A DNA stretch of 64,000 nucleotides from Nannocystis bainbridge (GCF_028368995.1 NZ_JAQNDL010000002.1:256001-320000), one strand, 5' to 3'. Shown: positions 1 to 9,821, numbered from the stretch's first letter. Notes: generated from the letters alone by a model not told the origin. Translations and numbers: made by a program.

Positions 1-713
1 AGCGGGCGCAGCACTTCACGGCGGCGGGCAAGGTGTTCGAGCTCGAGGCGAGCCCGTCCGGAGAGCGGGTGGCGGTGCGCAGCGCGCTGGGTGTCGAGCT
101 GCTGGCCATCGCTAGCGGCGAGGTGACGCCGGTGGTGAAGGAGGCGAGCCCGCTGGAGCCCGCCGCGCTGAACGCCGGGGCGCTGGCGTGGAGCCCCGAC
201 AGCGCTCAGCTGGCGGTGCTGAAGCCGGTCGACGGCGCGCTCGAGCTGACGCGCTGGGACGTGACCGGGCCGCCGCGAGCGGTCGCGCGACATGTCCTGA
301 AGGACAGCCCCGGGCGGCCGCGCAACCGGGTCGCGTTCACGCCGTCGGGCGCGTCGCTGGTGCTGACCGACCGCCACGAGTCGCTGATGCAGGTCGCCGC
401 CGACGGCGCGACGCGGCGGATCGCCACGCCGGAGCTGGCGAAGTTCGCCATGCGCAGCGAGACCGGGGCGCTCGGGCTCGATTTCCGCGGCGGACCGTCG
501 ATGATCGACTTCGCGGCGGGCGAGGGGTCGCCGCTGACGCCGAACACGGAGCTCGGCGCCTCGACGAACCCGCCCATCGTCCGCGCCGCCGACGGGACGG
601 TGTGGGCCTGCGACGCGCTCGGACCGGGCACCCTGCTGCGCTCGGCGCCGTATGCCGGCGAGACGCCGCAGGCGGTGCGCGAGCGGATCGCGGAGCTCGC
701 GGCGGCGCTGTGA
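1..713 (+). CDS. Beta-propeller (WD40/TolB-like) protein, 5' end probably outside the window
   Basis: Frame is open back to the window edge; LAWSPDSAQLAV and VAFTPSGASLVL propeller-blade motifs. Confidence 0.6.
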   Translation, partial: RAQHFTAAGKVFELEASPSGERVAVRSALGVELLAIASGEVTPVVKEASPLEPAALNAGALAWSPDSAQLAVLKPVDGALELTRWDVTGPPRAVARHVLKDSPGRPRNRVAFTPSGASLVLTDRHESLMQVAADGATRRIATPELAKFAMRSETGALGLDFRGGPSMIDFAAGEGSPLTPNTELGASTNPPIVRAADGTVWACDALGPGTLLRSAPYAGETPQAVRERIAELAAAL

Positions 714-881
714 GTAGCGACCGCGGCGCGCTCGCACGGGCGGCTCGTCCGCCTCCGAGGGGCCGCGGCTTCGCAGCCGGGCGGGCGGTCGCGGCGGTTT
801 TGCGGTAGCCTGCGCAGGTGCGAGACAGCCAGCCCGTTCCGGCCGCGGAGGCGTCGTGCGCGGAGGCGCGGAGGCTCGAAG

Positions 882-958
882 GGACATGTCTTGAGGGACA
901 TGTTATTTCCATGCGCGAATGGACATGTCGATGCGGACATGTCCGAAAGACCATGGAT
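882..958. repeat. 14-bp phased TGTCC-N4-GGACA array (6 cores)
   Basis: CATG cores at 885, 899, 910, 924, 938, 952 (14-bp spacing with one 11-bp slip), directly upstream of the TfuA gene. Confidence 0.8.
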
Positions 959-978
959 GGTACCGCCGGGAGGGCGGC

Positions 979-2286
979 ATGAGCGGACTTGTCGTGTTCC
1001 TCGGGCCGACGCTGACGAGCGGCGAGGCGTCGCTGCACACGACGGCCAACCTCTTGCCGCCGGCGCGGCTCGGCGATGTCTATGACGCGGTGACGCGGCA
1101 GGGCGCGCGGGCGATCGGGCTGGTCGACGGGCTTTTCAACTCGGTGCCGGCGGTGTGGCACAAGGAGCTCCTGTTCGCGCTGTCGCGCGGGGTGCGGGTG
1201 TTCGGTGCCGCGAGCATGGGGGCGCTGCGGGCGGCCGAGCTGCACCCGTTCGGCATGGAGGGCGTCGGCGCGGTGTTCGAGGCGTTCGCGCGCGGCGAGC
1301 TGACCGACGACGACGAGGTCGCCGTGGCCCACGGCGCGGCGGAGTCGGGCTTCCGGCCGCTGTCGGAGGCGCTGGTCAACCTGCGCCACGGGCTCGACAT
1401 GGCCGAAAAGGCAGGCTCGATCTCGGCGGCGACGGCGGGCCGGCTGCTCGCGCACGCCAAGGCCACCTTCTACGCCGACCGCTCGTGGCCGGCGCTGTTT
1501 CGGGCGGCGCCGGGGCTCGGCGTCGACGAGGACGAGCTGGTCGGGCTGCGGGCGCTGATCGGCCGGGTCCGGCCCAACCGCAAGCGCGACGACGCGATCG
1601 CGCTGCTGCGGGCGATGACCGAGGCGGGCGGCGAGGCGATGCCGCCGCACGTGGCGAAATTCGAGTTCGAGGCGACCAGCTTCTGGGAGGCGATGATCGC
1701 CACGACGGCGCGCAGCGAGGCGAGCGCGCCGCGCGACGAGGCGCTGGCGCTGCACGGATTGCTGTCGCCGGGCGGCGAGGAGCGCGGGCGCGGGGCGCTG
1801 CTGCTGGCGCTGGCGCTGCAGGAGGCGGAGCGCCGCGGGATCGAGGTCGACGGCGCGGGGATGAGCGCGGCCGCCGAGCGGATCCGCCGGGCCCTGGGGC
1901 TGCGGGACAAGCTGGCCATGGGGACATGGCTCAAAGAACAGGGGCTCGATCTGGCGGGGTCGCAGGCGCTGCTGCGGGCCGAGGCGATCGTCGACGCGCT
2001 CGGGCGCGAGCAGGCGCTGGCGGTGCGCAGCCTGGTGATCCTCGAGCTGCAGCGACGCGGCGAGCTCGGGCGCGCGCGCGAGCAGCTGGCGGCGACGGGC
2101 GAGGTCGGCTGGTCAGAGTCGGGGCTGCCCCGCGAGGCGCTGCTGCAGTGGTACGAGCGCGAGGTCCGCTGGCTCGGCGCCGACCTGCCGGCGGCGCTGC
2201 GCTCGCTGGGGCTGACGACGCTCGACCAACTGCTGACGGCGGTGGCACGGGTCAAGGCGACATTGGCCGGGTCGCGCGCGCCCTGA
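979..2286 (+). CDS. tfuA: TfuA-like protein (partner of YcaO thioamide synthases) with C-terminal helical extension
   Basis: VVFLGPTL, PPARLGDV, IGLVDGLF..VPAVWHKELLFAL, VFGAASMGALRAAEL..FGMEGVG and DDDEVAVAH match the TfuA core; GGGAGG RBS before ATG 979. Confidence 0.88.
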   Translation: MSGLVVFLGPTLTSGEASLHTTANLLPPARLGDVYDAVTRQGARAIGLVDGLFNSVPAVWHKELLFALSRGVRVFGAASMGALRAAELHPFGMEGVGAVFEAFARGELTDDDEVAVAHGAAESGFRPLSEALVNLRHGLDMAEKAGSISAATAGRLLAHAKATFYADRSWPALFRAAPGLGVDEDELVGLRALIGRVRPNRKRDDAIALLRAMTEAGGEAMPPHVAKFEFEATSFWEAMIATTARSEASAPRDEALALHGLLSPGGEERGRGALLLALALQEAERRGIEVDGAGMSAAAERIRRALGLRDKLAMGTWLKEQGLDLAGSQALLRAEAIVDALGREQALAVRSLVILELQRRGELGRAREQLAATGEVGWSESGLPREALLQWYEREVRWLGADLPAALRSLGLTTLDQLLTAVARVKATLAGSRAP

Positions 2287-2376
2287 GCGGCGCGGACGGA
2301 GCGCGTGACGGCGGTCGCCGCGAGGCGCGGTCGGACTGCGCGAACTCTCAGTCGCGCCGACGCGGTGCGTGAAGGT

Positions 2377-2641
2377 GCAGCGAGGGCGAGGGCAGGCGCA
2401 GTCGTCCGCGTCTCGGCGGTCGCGCGGGTCTTCGGCCACGCTGAGGCGGCGCAGCGAGGGCGAGGGCAGGCGCAGTCGTCCGCGTCTCGGCGGTCGCGCG
2501 GGTCTTCGGCCACGCTGAGGCGGCGCAGCGAGGGCGAGGGCAGGCGCAGTCGTCCGCGTCTCGGCGGTCGCGCGGGTCTTCGGCCACGCTGAGGCGGCGC
2601 AGCGAGGGCGAGGGCAGGCGCAGTCGTCCGCGTCTCGGCGG
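2377..2641. repeat. Perfect 74-bp tandem repeat, about 3.6 copies
   Basis: Unit starting GCAGCGAGGGCGAGGGCAGGCGCAGTCGTCC begins at 2377, 2451, 2525, 2599; no spacers. Confidence 0.95.
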
Positions 2642-2699
2642 GCACCGGGCGGCGGATGCAGAGGCGGCGGAGCGGGGGCTCACGGGTTATCGTCGGCGT

Positions 2700-4901
2700 G
2701 TGCGGCAACCGTCTCGTGGTCTTCGCTTCCTCGTCTTCGCGCTGGCGACTTCCTCCGCCGACATCGCCGCCGCGGCCGGACCTCCGCTGCACGAGCCGTT
2801 CCGCGTCATGACCTACAACGTCCGCAAGATCACCGACGAGGATCCCGGCGACTATGCCTGGAGCGAGCGCAGCCCCGGCGTGATGGCGCTGATCGAGGGC
2901 AACGGCCCGGACGTGTTCGGCGTGCAGGAGGCGAGCGATCCGGTGATTCAGGGCGACCTGGTGGCTGCCTTCGATGCCACTCACGATCGCTTTCATCCGC
3001 CCAACGGCAGCCCCAAGATCATCTTCTTTCGCCGCGGTCGCTTCGAGCGGCTGATCGATCCGCCCGAGGACGGGCAGGGCAACATCGGCATCCCGAACCC
3101 GTACGCCGAGGATCACGCGTGTCACCCGAACGCCAGCGGGAGGACGGCCGCGTGGGTCAAGCTGCGCGATCTGGTTTCGGGCCGCGGGTATCTGATCGTC
3201 AACGCCCACGTGGCTCACGGGGCAGGTTGCTGGCTGGCGCGTAATGCCGCCGCCGAGGCGCTCCACGCCCTCGTGGCGGCGCAGGGGCAGGGGCTGACCG
3301 TCGTCCTCATCGGCGACCTCAACTCCGATCCGCAGCGCCAGGGCGCGGGCGACGACGACGACATCGTGCCGCTGCTCGAGGCGCCGCAGGCCGGCTACGC
3401 GCTCGCTCGGTCGGCGCGCTACTCGGGCACGACCTCCGAGGACACCGCGACCTTCAACAGCTCGTGGAAGGCGCCGAGCAGCTCGTACACGCGGCTCGAC
3501 TACGTCTTCACCAGCGTCGAGGACGCGACCGCGTATCACCCGAGCATCGATCGCAGCGAGTACGGTGGCATCTCGCCGTCGGACCATTTCGCGGTGCTGG
3601 CGACGATCCGCACGGCGCCGTTCGCCCCGGCGCCGCGGAGCGACGATCGCGGCGACGGCGAGGGCGCGCGGCTTTATTTCGCGGACGTGAACGGCGACGG
3701 GGCGGCGGACAAGATCGGGTGGGATCCGGCGCAGGGAGGGGTGCGCGTGCACCTCAACGACGGCGCGGCCAACTTCGGCGCGGCGATCGCCGGCGCGAGC
3801 GCGACCGCCGAAACGACCCTGTCGTTCGCCGATGTCGACGGTGACGGCTGCGCCGATCGCATCGACTGGAGCCCGGCGGTCGAGGCCGGGCGCACGCGGA
3901 TCGCCCGCTCGCAGTGCGATGGGACGTTCGCGGCGGCGGCGACTTCCAACGACGGCAGCGCGCAGGCGGGGACGCGGCTGACGTTCGCGCGGCTCGACGC
4001 CGACGCGTGCGCCGACCGGATCGCCTGGGATCCGGGCGGTGACGGGCAGACGCGCGCGGCGCTGTCGCGCTGCGACGGGCAGTTCGCCGACGAGGTTCTC
4101 GGCGACGACGCCGGCATCAGTCAGAACCCCGACGCGCAGCTGGGCTTCGCCGACCTGACGGGCGACTGGCTGGCCGACAAGATCGTGTGGGACCCGGAGG
4201 CGAACGAGGGCCGCACGCGCGTGTTCGCCGGCGACGGCGACGGGACTTTCACGTTCCACAGCGAGCACGCGGCCGGGACCAGCGGCGTGGCGGCGTCGCG
4301 GTTCTTCTACGGCGACGTCGACGGCGACGGCCACGCCGACAAGCTGTTCTGGCGCGCCTCGTTCCGCGAGGGGCGCCCGCAGCTCTACTACGGGCATGCG
4401 GACGGGTTCGATCCGCACCCGACGATGGTCAACGCCGGGCCGAGCGAGTCCTCGGCCAACCGGTTCTTGCTCGCCGATGTCGACGGCAGCGGCTCGGTCG
4501 ATCTGATCGCGTGGGACCCGTCCGTGGACGGGGCGACGCGGGCCTACCTGGCGCTGGTCCACGCGCCTGAGAGCGAGCAGCCCGAGCCGACGACCGGCGG
4601 CGAGGAGGGGACGACCTCGACGTCGGGCGAGGAGAGCGGGACTTCGACGACGAGCTCGGGCGAGGCGCCGACGAGCTCGGGCGAGGAGACGACGGGCGGC
4701 GGCGCGGGCGAGGCGAGCTCGGGGCCGGCGAGCGCGAGCGACGGCGGGACGCCGGCTGATGGGGCCGAAGAGGGTTGCGGGTGCGTCGGCGATCCTCGCG
4801 GCGACGGTCGAGGCGCGCTGGTGATGCTGGTGGCGGCGCTCGGGCTGCGGCGGCGCCGGAGGACGCAGCGTTCCGGCGGCGCCTCGGCGTCGGGCCGATA
4901 A
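2700..4901 (+). CDS. Secreted endonuclease/exonuclease/phosphatase (EEP) protein with FG-GAP/VCBS repeats and MYXO-CTERM anchor
   Basis: Signal peptide; VMTYNVR, DVFGVQE, LIGDLNS, RLDYVF and SDHFAV EEP motifs; six FADVxGDGxADxIxW-type repeats; Ser/Thr/Gly linker; GCGC..hydrophobic..RRRRR tail. Confidence 0.88.
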   Translation: MRQPSRGLRFLVFALATSSADIAAAAGPPLHEPFRVMTYNVRKITDEDPGDYAWSERSPGVMALIEGNGPDVFGVQEASDPVIQGDLVAAFDATHDRFHPPNGSPKIIFFRRGRFERLIDPPEDGQGNIGIPNPYAEDHACHPNASGRTAAWVKLRDLVSGRGYLIVNAHVAHGAGCWLARNAAAEALHALVAAQGQGLTVVLIGDLNSDPQRQGAGDDDDIVPLLEAPQAGYALARSARYSGTTSEDTATFNSSWKAPSSSYTRLDYVFTSVEDATAYHPSIDRSEYGGISPSDHFAVLATIRTAPFAPAPRSDDRGDGEGARLYFADVNGDGAADKIGWDPAQGGVRVHLNDGAANFGAAIAGASATAETTLSFADVDGDGCADRIDWSPAVEAGRTRIARSQCDGTFAAAATSNDGSAQAGTRLTFARLDADACADRIAWDPGGDGQTRAALSRCDGQFADEVLGDDAGISQNPDAQLGFADLTGDWLADKIVWDPEANEGRTRVFAGDGDGTFTFHSEHAAGTSGVAASRFFYGDVDGDGHADKLFWRASFREGRPQLYYGHADGFDPHPTMVNAGPSESSANRFLLADVDGSGSVDLIAWDPSVDGATRAYLALVHAPESEQPEPTTGGEEGTTSTSGEESGTSTTSSGEAPTSSGEETTGGGAGEASSGPASASDGGTPADGAEEGCGCVGDPRGDGRGALVMLVAALGLRRRRRTQRSGGASASGR

Positions 4902-5051
4902 GGCGCAGCTCGCAGGCAGCCCGGCCGCGGCGACAAGTCGCGGCGGAGTTCGGGCCGTCCGGGCGGCACGCCGGGCCGGCAGACGACCCACCGTCGCAGC
5001 GGGACGACGACCGTTGCTGCCGCGAGCGCGTCCGGGTCGCGGCGGTCGCAT

Positions 5052-5159
5052 CGACATGACGTATGGGACATGCCCCCAAGGACATGGCCTCGAGGACATG
5101 CCCTCGAGGACGTGTCCTCGGAGTCATGTCCGGAAGGACATGGCCGAACGGGCACCTAC
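5052..5159. repeat. 14-bp phased TGTCC-N4-GGACA array (8 cores)
   Basis: Cores at 5055, 5069, 5083, 5097, 5111, 5125, 5139, 5153, between convergent genes. Confidence 0.9.
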
Positions 5160-5170
5160 GAGTGGCCGCT

Positions 5171-8100
5171 TTACTTGGCCGGCTGGCCGGCCAGCCACCC
5201 GCGGATCTCGTCCTGCTCGCGCTTGTAGGCTGGGCCGAGGGTCGTCAGGGTCATCAGGCCTTGCTGGGCCAGGTTGCGGTCCTCGAGCGAGAGGCTGGCG
5301 GTCTCGGTGGTGCGGGCGCGGGCCAGGCCGAAGCGGGCCTGGGCCAGCTCCAGAGTGTTCTCGTCGCCGGTCGCGGTGAAGATGGCGATCGCGCGCTCGT
5401 AGTGGCCGCGGGCGCCGGCGGGGTCGTTGCGGGCGAGGGCCAGGTCGCCGAGGCGGAGGCGGATCAGCGCCGCCTCGGGGCCGTCGATCATCGGCCCGCG
5501 CTCGCGCAGGGTCTGGGCCTGCTGCAGCATGTTCGCGGCCTCGTCGAGGCGGCCGGCGAGCCGATGGACCTCGGCGATCCGGCGCAGCGACTCGGCCAGC
5601 TGCGGGGCGCCGGGGGGCAGGCGGGCCTTGCGGATCTCGAGGCCACGGAGGTACTGGCCGAGGGCCGCTTCGATGTCGCCGGCGCGCAGCAGCATGTCGC
5701 CCTCGCGGTCGTCGACCTCGGCGGTGCGCGGCTCGTCGGGGCCGAAGTTGCGCTCGGCGATCGTGCGCGCGCGCTGAAAATGAGCGGCGGCGGCGGTGAG
5801 GTCGTCGCGGCAAGTCGCGGCCTTGCCGAGGCCGAGCACCGGCACGAAGGCGGCGCCGTCGACCGAGGTCTCGTCGGCGCCGATCACCTGCAGGGCGCGG
5901 CGGTAGCTGGCGTCGGCCTCCTTGCAGCGGCGCTGGTCGACGGCCAGGTCGCCGATGGCGGTCAGCACCCAGCGCAGGTCGGCGGCGTCGGGCCCGAGCA
6001 GCTCGCTCTGCAGCGCCAGCGCGCGCTGGAAGTAGCTCTCGGCCTCGGCGAAGCGGTGCAGCGCGGTGAGGCCGATGCCGAGGTTGATCGCCAGCAGGGC
6101 GATGTGCGGGTGCTTGGGCCCGAGGCTGGTCTCGGCCGCGGCGAAGGCGGCGCGCAGGCGCTCGACGCCGCCGAGGCTGTCGTCGCTGCTGAGCAGGGCC
6201 AGCCCGAGGTTGCCGAGCGCGTAGACGACCTGCGGGTGCTCCTCGCCGAGCACGGCCCGGCGCGCGTCGATCGAGGCGACGAAGTACTCGCCGGCGGCCT
6301 GCATCTCGGCCAGCACCGCGTGGGCGATGCCGAGGTTGTTGAGGTGGTCGCCGCGCAGCTCGCGACCCTCGCGGGTCGAGCCGACGCGCGCGACCAGGCC
6401 GTCGATCAGCGGCGCGTCGGCCAGCACCTCGTGGCTCTGCTGCAGGCGCCCGGCGCGGACGAAATCGCGGCGGGTGGCGATGGTCGCGGCGACGACGTCG
6501 TGGCCGCACGCGAGCGCGGTCTGCAGGGCGCTGGTGAGCTCGCGCAAGGCGTCGGAGTGGCGGCCGGCCTCGCTGAGCAGGCTGCCGTGGCGCAGGCCGA
6601 TCTCGGCGACCAGCGGCGGGTAGTCGAGCCCGCCGAGCTCGAGGCCCTCGACGAGCTTGAGGCCCTCGGTGATCTGGCCGGCGAGCTCGTGCGCCTGAGC
6701 CTCGGCCAGGATCCCGCGCACGGCGGCGACGCGGGCGGCGCTGTTGGGATCGTCGGGCGGCGGGACGGCGGAGGTGAGGGCCCGGGTGTCGTCGCAGGCG
6801 GCCAGCGGGGGCAGGTTGGCGGCCGCGGCACCGGCGTTGCCGACCACCTCGGCGTCGGCGCGCTGGAGGATCGCCACGAACGCGGCCAGGCTCTTGTGCC
6901 GCTGGTCGAGGCACGCGGTGCGCAGGTCGAACAGGTGCGTCGAGGCGCGGCCCTGTTGATGGGCCTGACAGGCGTCGACCCGCATGCCGACGAGCTCGCC
7001 GGCGTAGGCGTCGAGGCGGACTTTGACGCGGGTCCAGGTGTCCTCGGCGAACGGCACGCCGGTGCGCCGCAGGCCCTCGCGCGCGGCCGCGGCGGCGACC
7101 GAGTCCCACACACCGACGAGCTCGTTGCCGGCGCCCTCGCAGGTGTCGCCGAACGACTGCATCGAGGCGGCGGTGATGCCGGCGGCGGCCATGACCCCGG
7201 CGAGCCCGGCGGTCATGAACCACGGGGCGCGGCGGCGCTCGAGGGTCCGCTCGAGGGCCGCCAGCAGGGCGGGCATCGAGGGGAAGCGACGGGCCGGATC
7301 GACGGCGAGGCCGCGGGTGATGATCTGCAGCAGGGCCGCGGGGACGTGGTGGCCGGGCGGCGGGTCCCGGATCGCGCCGCGGGTGACGGCGTCGGTGAGC
7401 GCGAGCAGGCTGGTGCAGTCGAACGGCGGCGCGTCGTAGAGCGCCTCGTAGAGGCTGACGCAGAAGCTGAACTGGTCGCTCTTCTCGGTCGCCGGCTGAC
7501 CCATGTGCTGCTCGGGGGCCATGTACATCGGCGTGCCGACGACCACGCCGGTGTGCGTGAGCTGGTGGTCGAGCGAGCTCGTCAGGGTGCTGCGCAGCAC
7601 CGGCGCGTCCTCGGCCAGCGGCTCGCGGTCGACAGCGCGGGCGAGGCCGAAGTCGAGCACCTTGGCCACGCCGTCTTCGCCGACGATCACGTTGGCCGGC
7701 TTGAAGTCGCGGTGGACCAGGCCGGCGGCGTGGGCGGTTGCGAGGCCGCGGCCGGCCTGCAGCAGGGTCTCGACGCGGGCGCGCCACGGGCGGGCGACCT
7801 TGAGCCACTGGGCGAGGTTCTGCCCGCGCACGAACTCCATGGCGATGAACACCTCGCCGTCGTGATCGCCGACCTCATGGACGGTGACGATGTTGGGGTG
7901 CGAGACGCGGGCCATCGCCTGGGCCTCGCGCAGCATGCGTTCGCGGGCCAGCGGCTCGCGGCGGGCGGTGTCGTTGCGCAGGACCTTGACGGCGACCTTG
8001 CGGTCGAGCTGGTCGTCGTAGGCGGCATAGACGATGCCCATCGCCCCCTCGCCCAGGCGCTCGAGGATGGTGAAGCGGCCGATGTGGGCCAGCAGCGAGG

Positions 8101-8302
8101 GATGGGTGGTGGCGACCGCAGGGGCGGCCGCAGGGGCGGGTGCGGTCGAGGGCGGCGGCTCGCGGGTCAGCGCCTCGTCCATCCGCAGGGTCGCCGCGAA
8201 CGGTCCTCTCCCGGACGGAGCGAGAGATGGGGAAGCGGCGGCGGCCACCTCGGTGACTTGAGCGGTAGGCGTCGTTTTGTCCAGCGCGGTCGGCTTCGCC
8301 AT
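5171..8302 (-). CDS. Ser/Thr protein kinase with TM segment and C-terminal TPR repeats
   Basis: GEGAMGIVY, VAVK, HRDFKPAN, DFG, GTPMYMAPEQ; TM helix; TPR-like LNNLG/LGNLG repeats. Confidence 0.93.
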   Translation of the reverse strand: MAKPTALDKTTPTAQVTEVAAAASPSLAPSGRGPFAATLRMDEALTREPPPSTAPAPAAAPAVATTHPSLLAHIGRFTILERLGEGAMGIVYAAYDDQLDRKVAVKVLRNDTARREPLARERMLREAQAMARVSHPNIVTVHEVGDHDGEVFIAMEFVRGQNLAQWLKVARPWRARVETLLQAGRGLATAHAAGLVHRDFKPANVIVGEDGVAKVLDFGLARAVDREPLAEDAPVLRSTLTSSLDHQLTHTGVVVGTPMYMAPEQHMGQPATEKSDQFSFCVSLYEALYDAPPFDCTSLLALTDAVTRGAIRDPPPGHHVPAALLQIITRGLAVDPARRFPSMPALLAALERTLERRRAPWFMTAGLAGVMAAAGITAASMQSFGDTCEGAGNELVGVWDSVAAAAAREGLRRTGVPFAEDTWTRVKVRLDAYAGELVGMRVDACQAHQQGRASTHLFDLRTACLDQRHKSLAAFVAILQRADAEVVGNAGAAAANLPPLAACDDTRALTSAVPPPDDPNSAARVAAVRGILAEAQAHELAGQITEGLKLVEGLELGGLDYPPLVAEIGLRHGSLLSEAGRHSDALRELTSALQTALACGHDVVAATIATRRDFVRAGRLQQSHEVLADAPLIDGLVARVGSTREGRELRGDHLNNLGIAHAVLAEMQAAGEYFVASIDARRAVLGEEHPQVVYALGNLGLALLSSDDSLGGVERLRAAFAAAETSLGPKHPHIALLAINLGIGLTALHRFAEAESYFQRALALQSELLGPDAADLRWVLTAIGDLAVDQRRCKEADASYRRALQVIGADETSVDGAAFVPVLGLGKAATCRDDLTAAAAHFQRARTIAERNFGPDEPRTAEVDDREGDMLLRAGDIEAALGQYLRGLEIRKARLPPGAPQLAESLRRIAEVHRLAGRLDEAANMLQQAQTLRERGPMIDGPEAALIRLRLGDLALARNDPAGARGHYERAIAIFTATGDENTLELAQARFGLARARTTETASLSLEDRNLAQQGLMTLTTLGPAYKREQDEIRGWLAGQPAK

Positions 8303-8339
8303 GAGCGGCAGGCACCCACGGGGGCGCCTCTGGAGAATA

Positions 8340-8530
8340 GAAGAGGCGAGCTCGAACCGCGAATATTTACTTGTGATTTACAGTGTATTTAGGCGGGCGA
8401 ATTTGCGCTGGTTATTTTCTAACAAATCAATGTGGACTTTCAGGAGCTAAATAGAAAATAGTCTCAAACATAATCTAACTATTCATACTTTAATAATGAA
8501 AAAATGTTTGATTGTTTAGTTTGAAAAAAT
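8340..8530. promoter_or_regulatory. AT-rich divergent promoter region
   Basis: Strongly AT-rich stretch in a very GC-rich background, between the divergent kinase and ADYC genes. Confidence 0.6.
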
Positions 8531-8613
8531 GTGGAGCTGGGACCCAGATTTTCGCTGGACGGGCTTCGGGGACGCCACATGCACAAGCCAGAACCCGAGC
8601 TGGAGAACCCCCG

Positions 8614-9618
8614 ATGAACGTCCGCAACCTTGTTCTTTTCACGATCCTGGGCATGGGCATGGGCGCTGGCTGTGATGATGTCGGCGCGGTGGATGCCGCG
8701 GACGCGGACCTCGGCGCTGTCCTCCCGCGGCCCGGGAGCGGGGCCTCGGGCGGCGTGTGGCTGAACACGAGCACCATCGGGACCACGGCGTTCTCGGAGC
8801 TCGACCTGTCGGGCCAGGTGCACGCCGGCGCGCAGTTCACCGGCGCCCAGCTGCTCCGGCCGGGCAACGTGTGGCTCGACATCACCAACGGGTCGGTGAA
8901 GGACGGGACGCTCGAGGCGAAGGTCGGGAGCAAGGTCTACAAGGGCGCCGACCTGATCGGGTCGCGCTGGCAGTTGACGCTGTTCAACGCGGACACCGAC
9001 GGCGACGGCGACCACGACGCCGACGACGAGGCGGCGGTGCCGGTCGAGATCTGGATCACCGCGGTCCAGCAGATCTCGACGAAGGAGGCGCGCTACGTGT
9101 TCGAGACCTACGACGCCGACGACAACGTCGTGCCGGTCTGTAGCCCGGACGCGTCGGGCGCGACGACGATGGTGCCGATCAAGGACCTCGCGGTCGACGA
9201 GGTCACTGGCAAGATGACCAAGCGCAGCAACACGCTGTACCTGGCGTGTACCTCGGGCGCGATCGGCAAGGCGGTGACCTGGGGTTACCGGCCGTGGGAG
9301 CGCACGCTCGAGGAGTTCGAGGTCGCCACCCGCATGATCCGCGCCGACTACTGCTTCACCGGCCACTCGTTCACGCAGACCGGGACCAGCATGCAGGTGA
9401 AGGACCGCTACAACATCAACACCTTCCTCCACACGGGCGATCCGAACGAGGCGGTGTGGGGCCGCACCGGCGTCCGCTGCATCAATACGCCCCGCAGCTC
9501 GACCTACTCGGCGCCGCAGGTGCAGTGCAACGGCCAGACGCTGCCGGCCTGCCCGAGCGACGTCAGCCTGACGACCTACTCGGACGCGCTGTTCTGGACC
9601 AAGGTCGACGCCGGCTGA
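8614..9618 (+). CDS. ADYC-domain secreted lipoprotein
   Basis: Lipobox GAGC; ACTSGAIGKAVTWGYRPW..TRMIRADYCFTG.S.T..GT signature; GGAG RBS. Confidence 0.85.
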   Translation: MNVRNLVLFTILGMGMGAGCDDVGAVDAADADLGAVLPRPGSGASGGVWLNTSTIGTTAFSELDLSGQVHAGAQFTGAQLLRPGNVWLDITNGSVKDGTLEAKVGSKVYKGADLIGSRWQLTLFNADTDGDGDHDADDEAAVPVEIWITAVQQISTKEARYVFETYDADDNVVPVCSPDASGATTMVPIKDLAVDEVTGKMTKRSNTLYLACTSGAIGKAVTWGYRPWERTLEEFEVATRMIRADYCFTGHSFTQTGTSMQVKDRYNINTFLHTGDPNEAVWGRTGVRCINTPRSSTYSAPQVQCNGQTLPACPSDVSLTTYSDALFWTKVDAG

Positions 9619-9635
9619 GCGAGCCCCGCGACCAG

Positions 9636-9821
9636 AGCAGCCCGCGCTTCCCCGAGGATGCGCGGGCTTCGTGCGTCCGGGCGCGAGCGCGGCGACGAGA
9701 GCAGCCCGCGCCTCCGAGAGGATGCGCGGGCTTCGTGCGTGCGGGCGCGAGCGCGGCAACAACAGCAGCCCGCGCTTCCACGAGGATGCGCGGGCTTCGT
9801 GCGTGCGTGCGGGCGCGAGCG
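9636..9821. repeat. Three 64-bp REP-like hairpin repeats
   Basis: Units at 9636, 9700, 9764, each with a GCCCGCGC...GCGCGGGC stem; between convergent genes. Confidence 0.85.

Noticed and set aside
2377-2641. CRISPR array
   Set aside because: Units are contiguous and identical with no unique spacers; no cas genes in the window
5052-5159. 14-bp arrays as mini-CRISPR or p53 response elements
   Set aside because: The variable part is only 4 bp. GGACATGTCC matches the p53 half-site consensus, but this is a bacterial context with 14-bp phasing, so it is treated as coincidence
1470-8392. Very long ORFs 1470..5099(-) and 5063..8392(+), and similar ones such as 41865..44603(+) and 48567..51305(+)
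   Set aside because: Antisense or shadow frames of well-supported genes; stop codons are scarce at high GC and the translations are Arg/Ala/Gly-rich with no motifs
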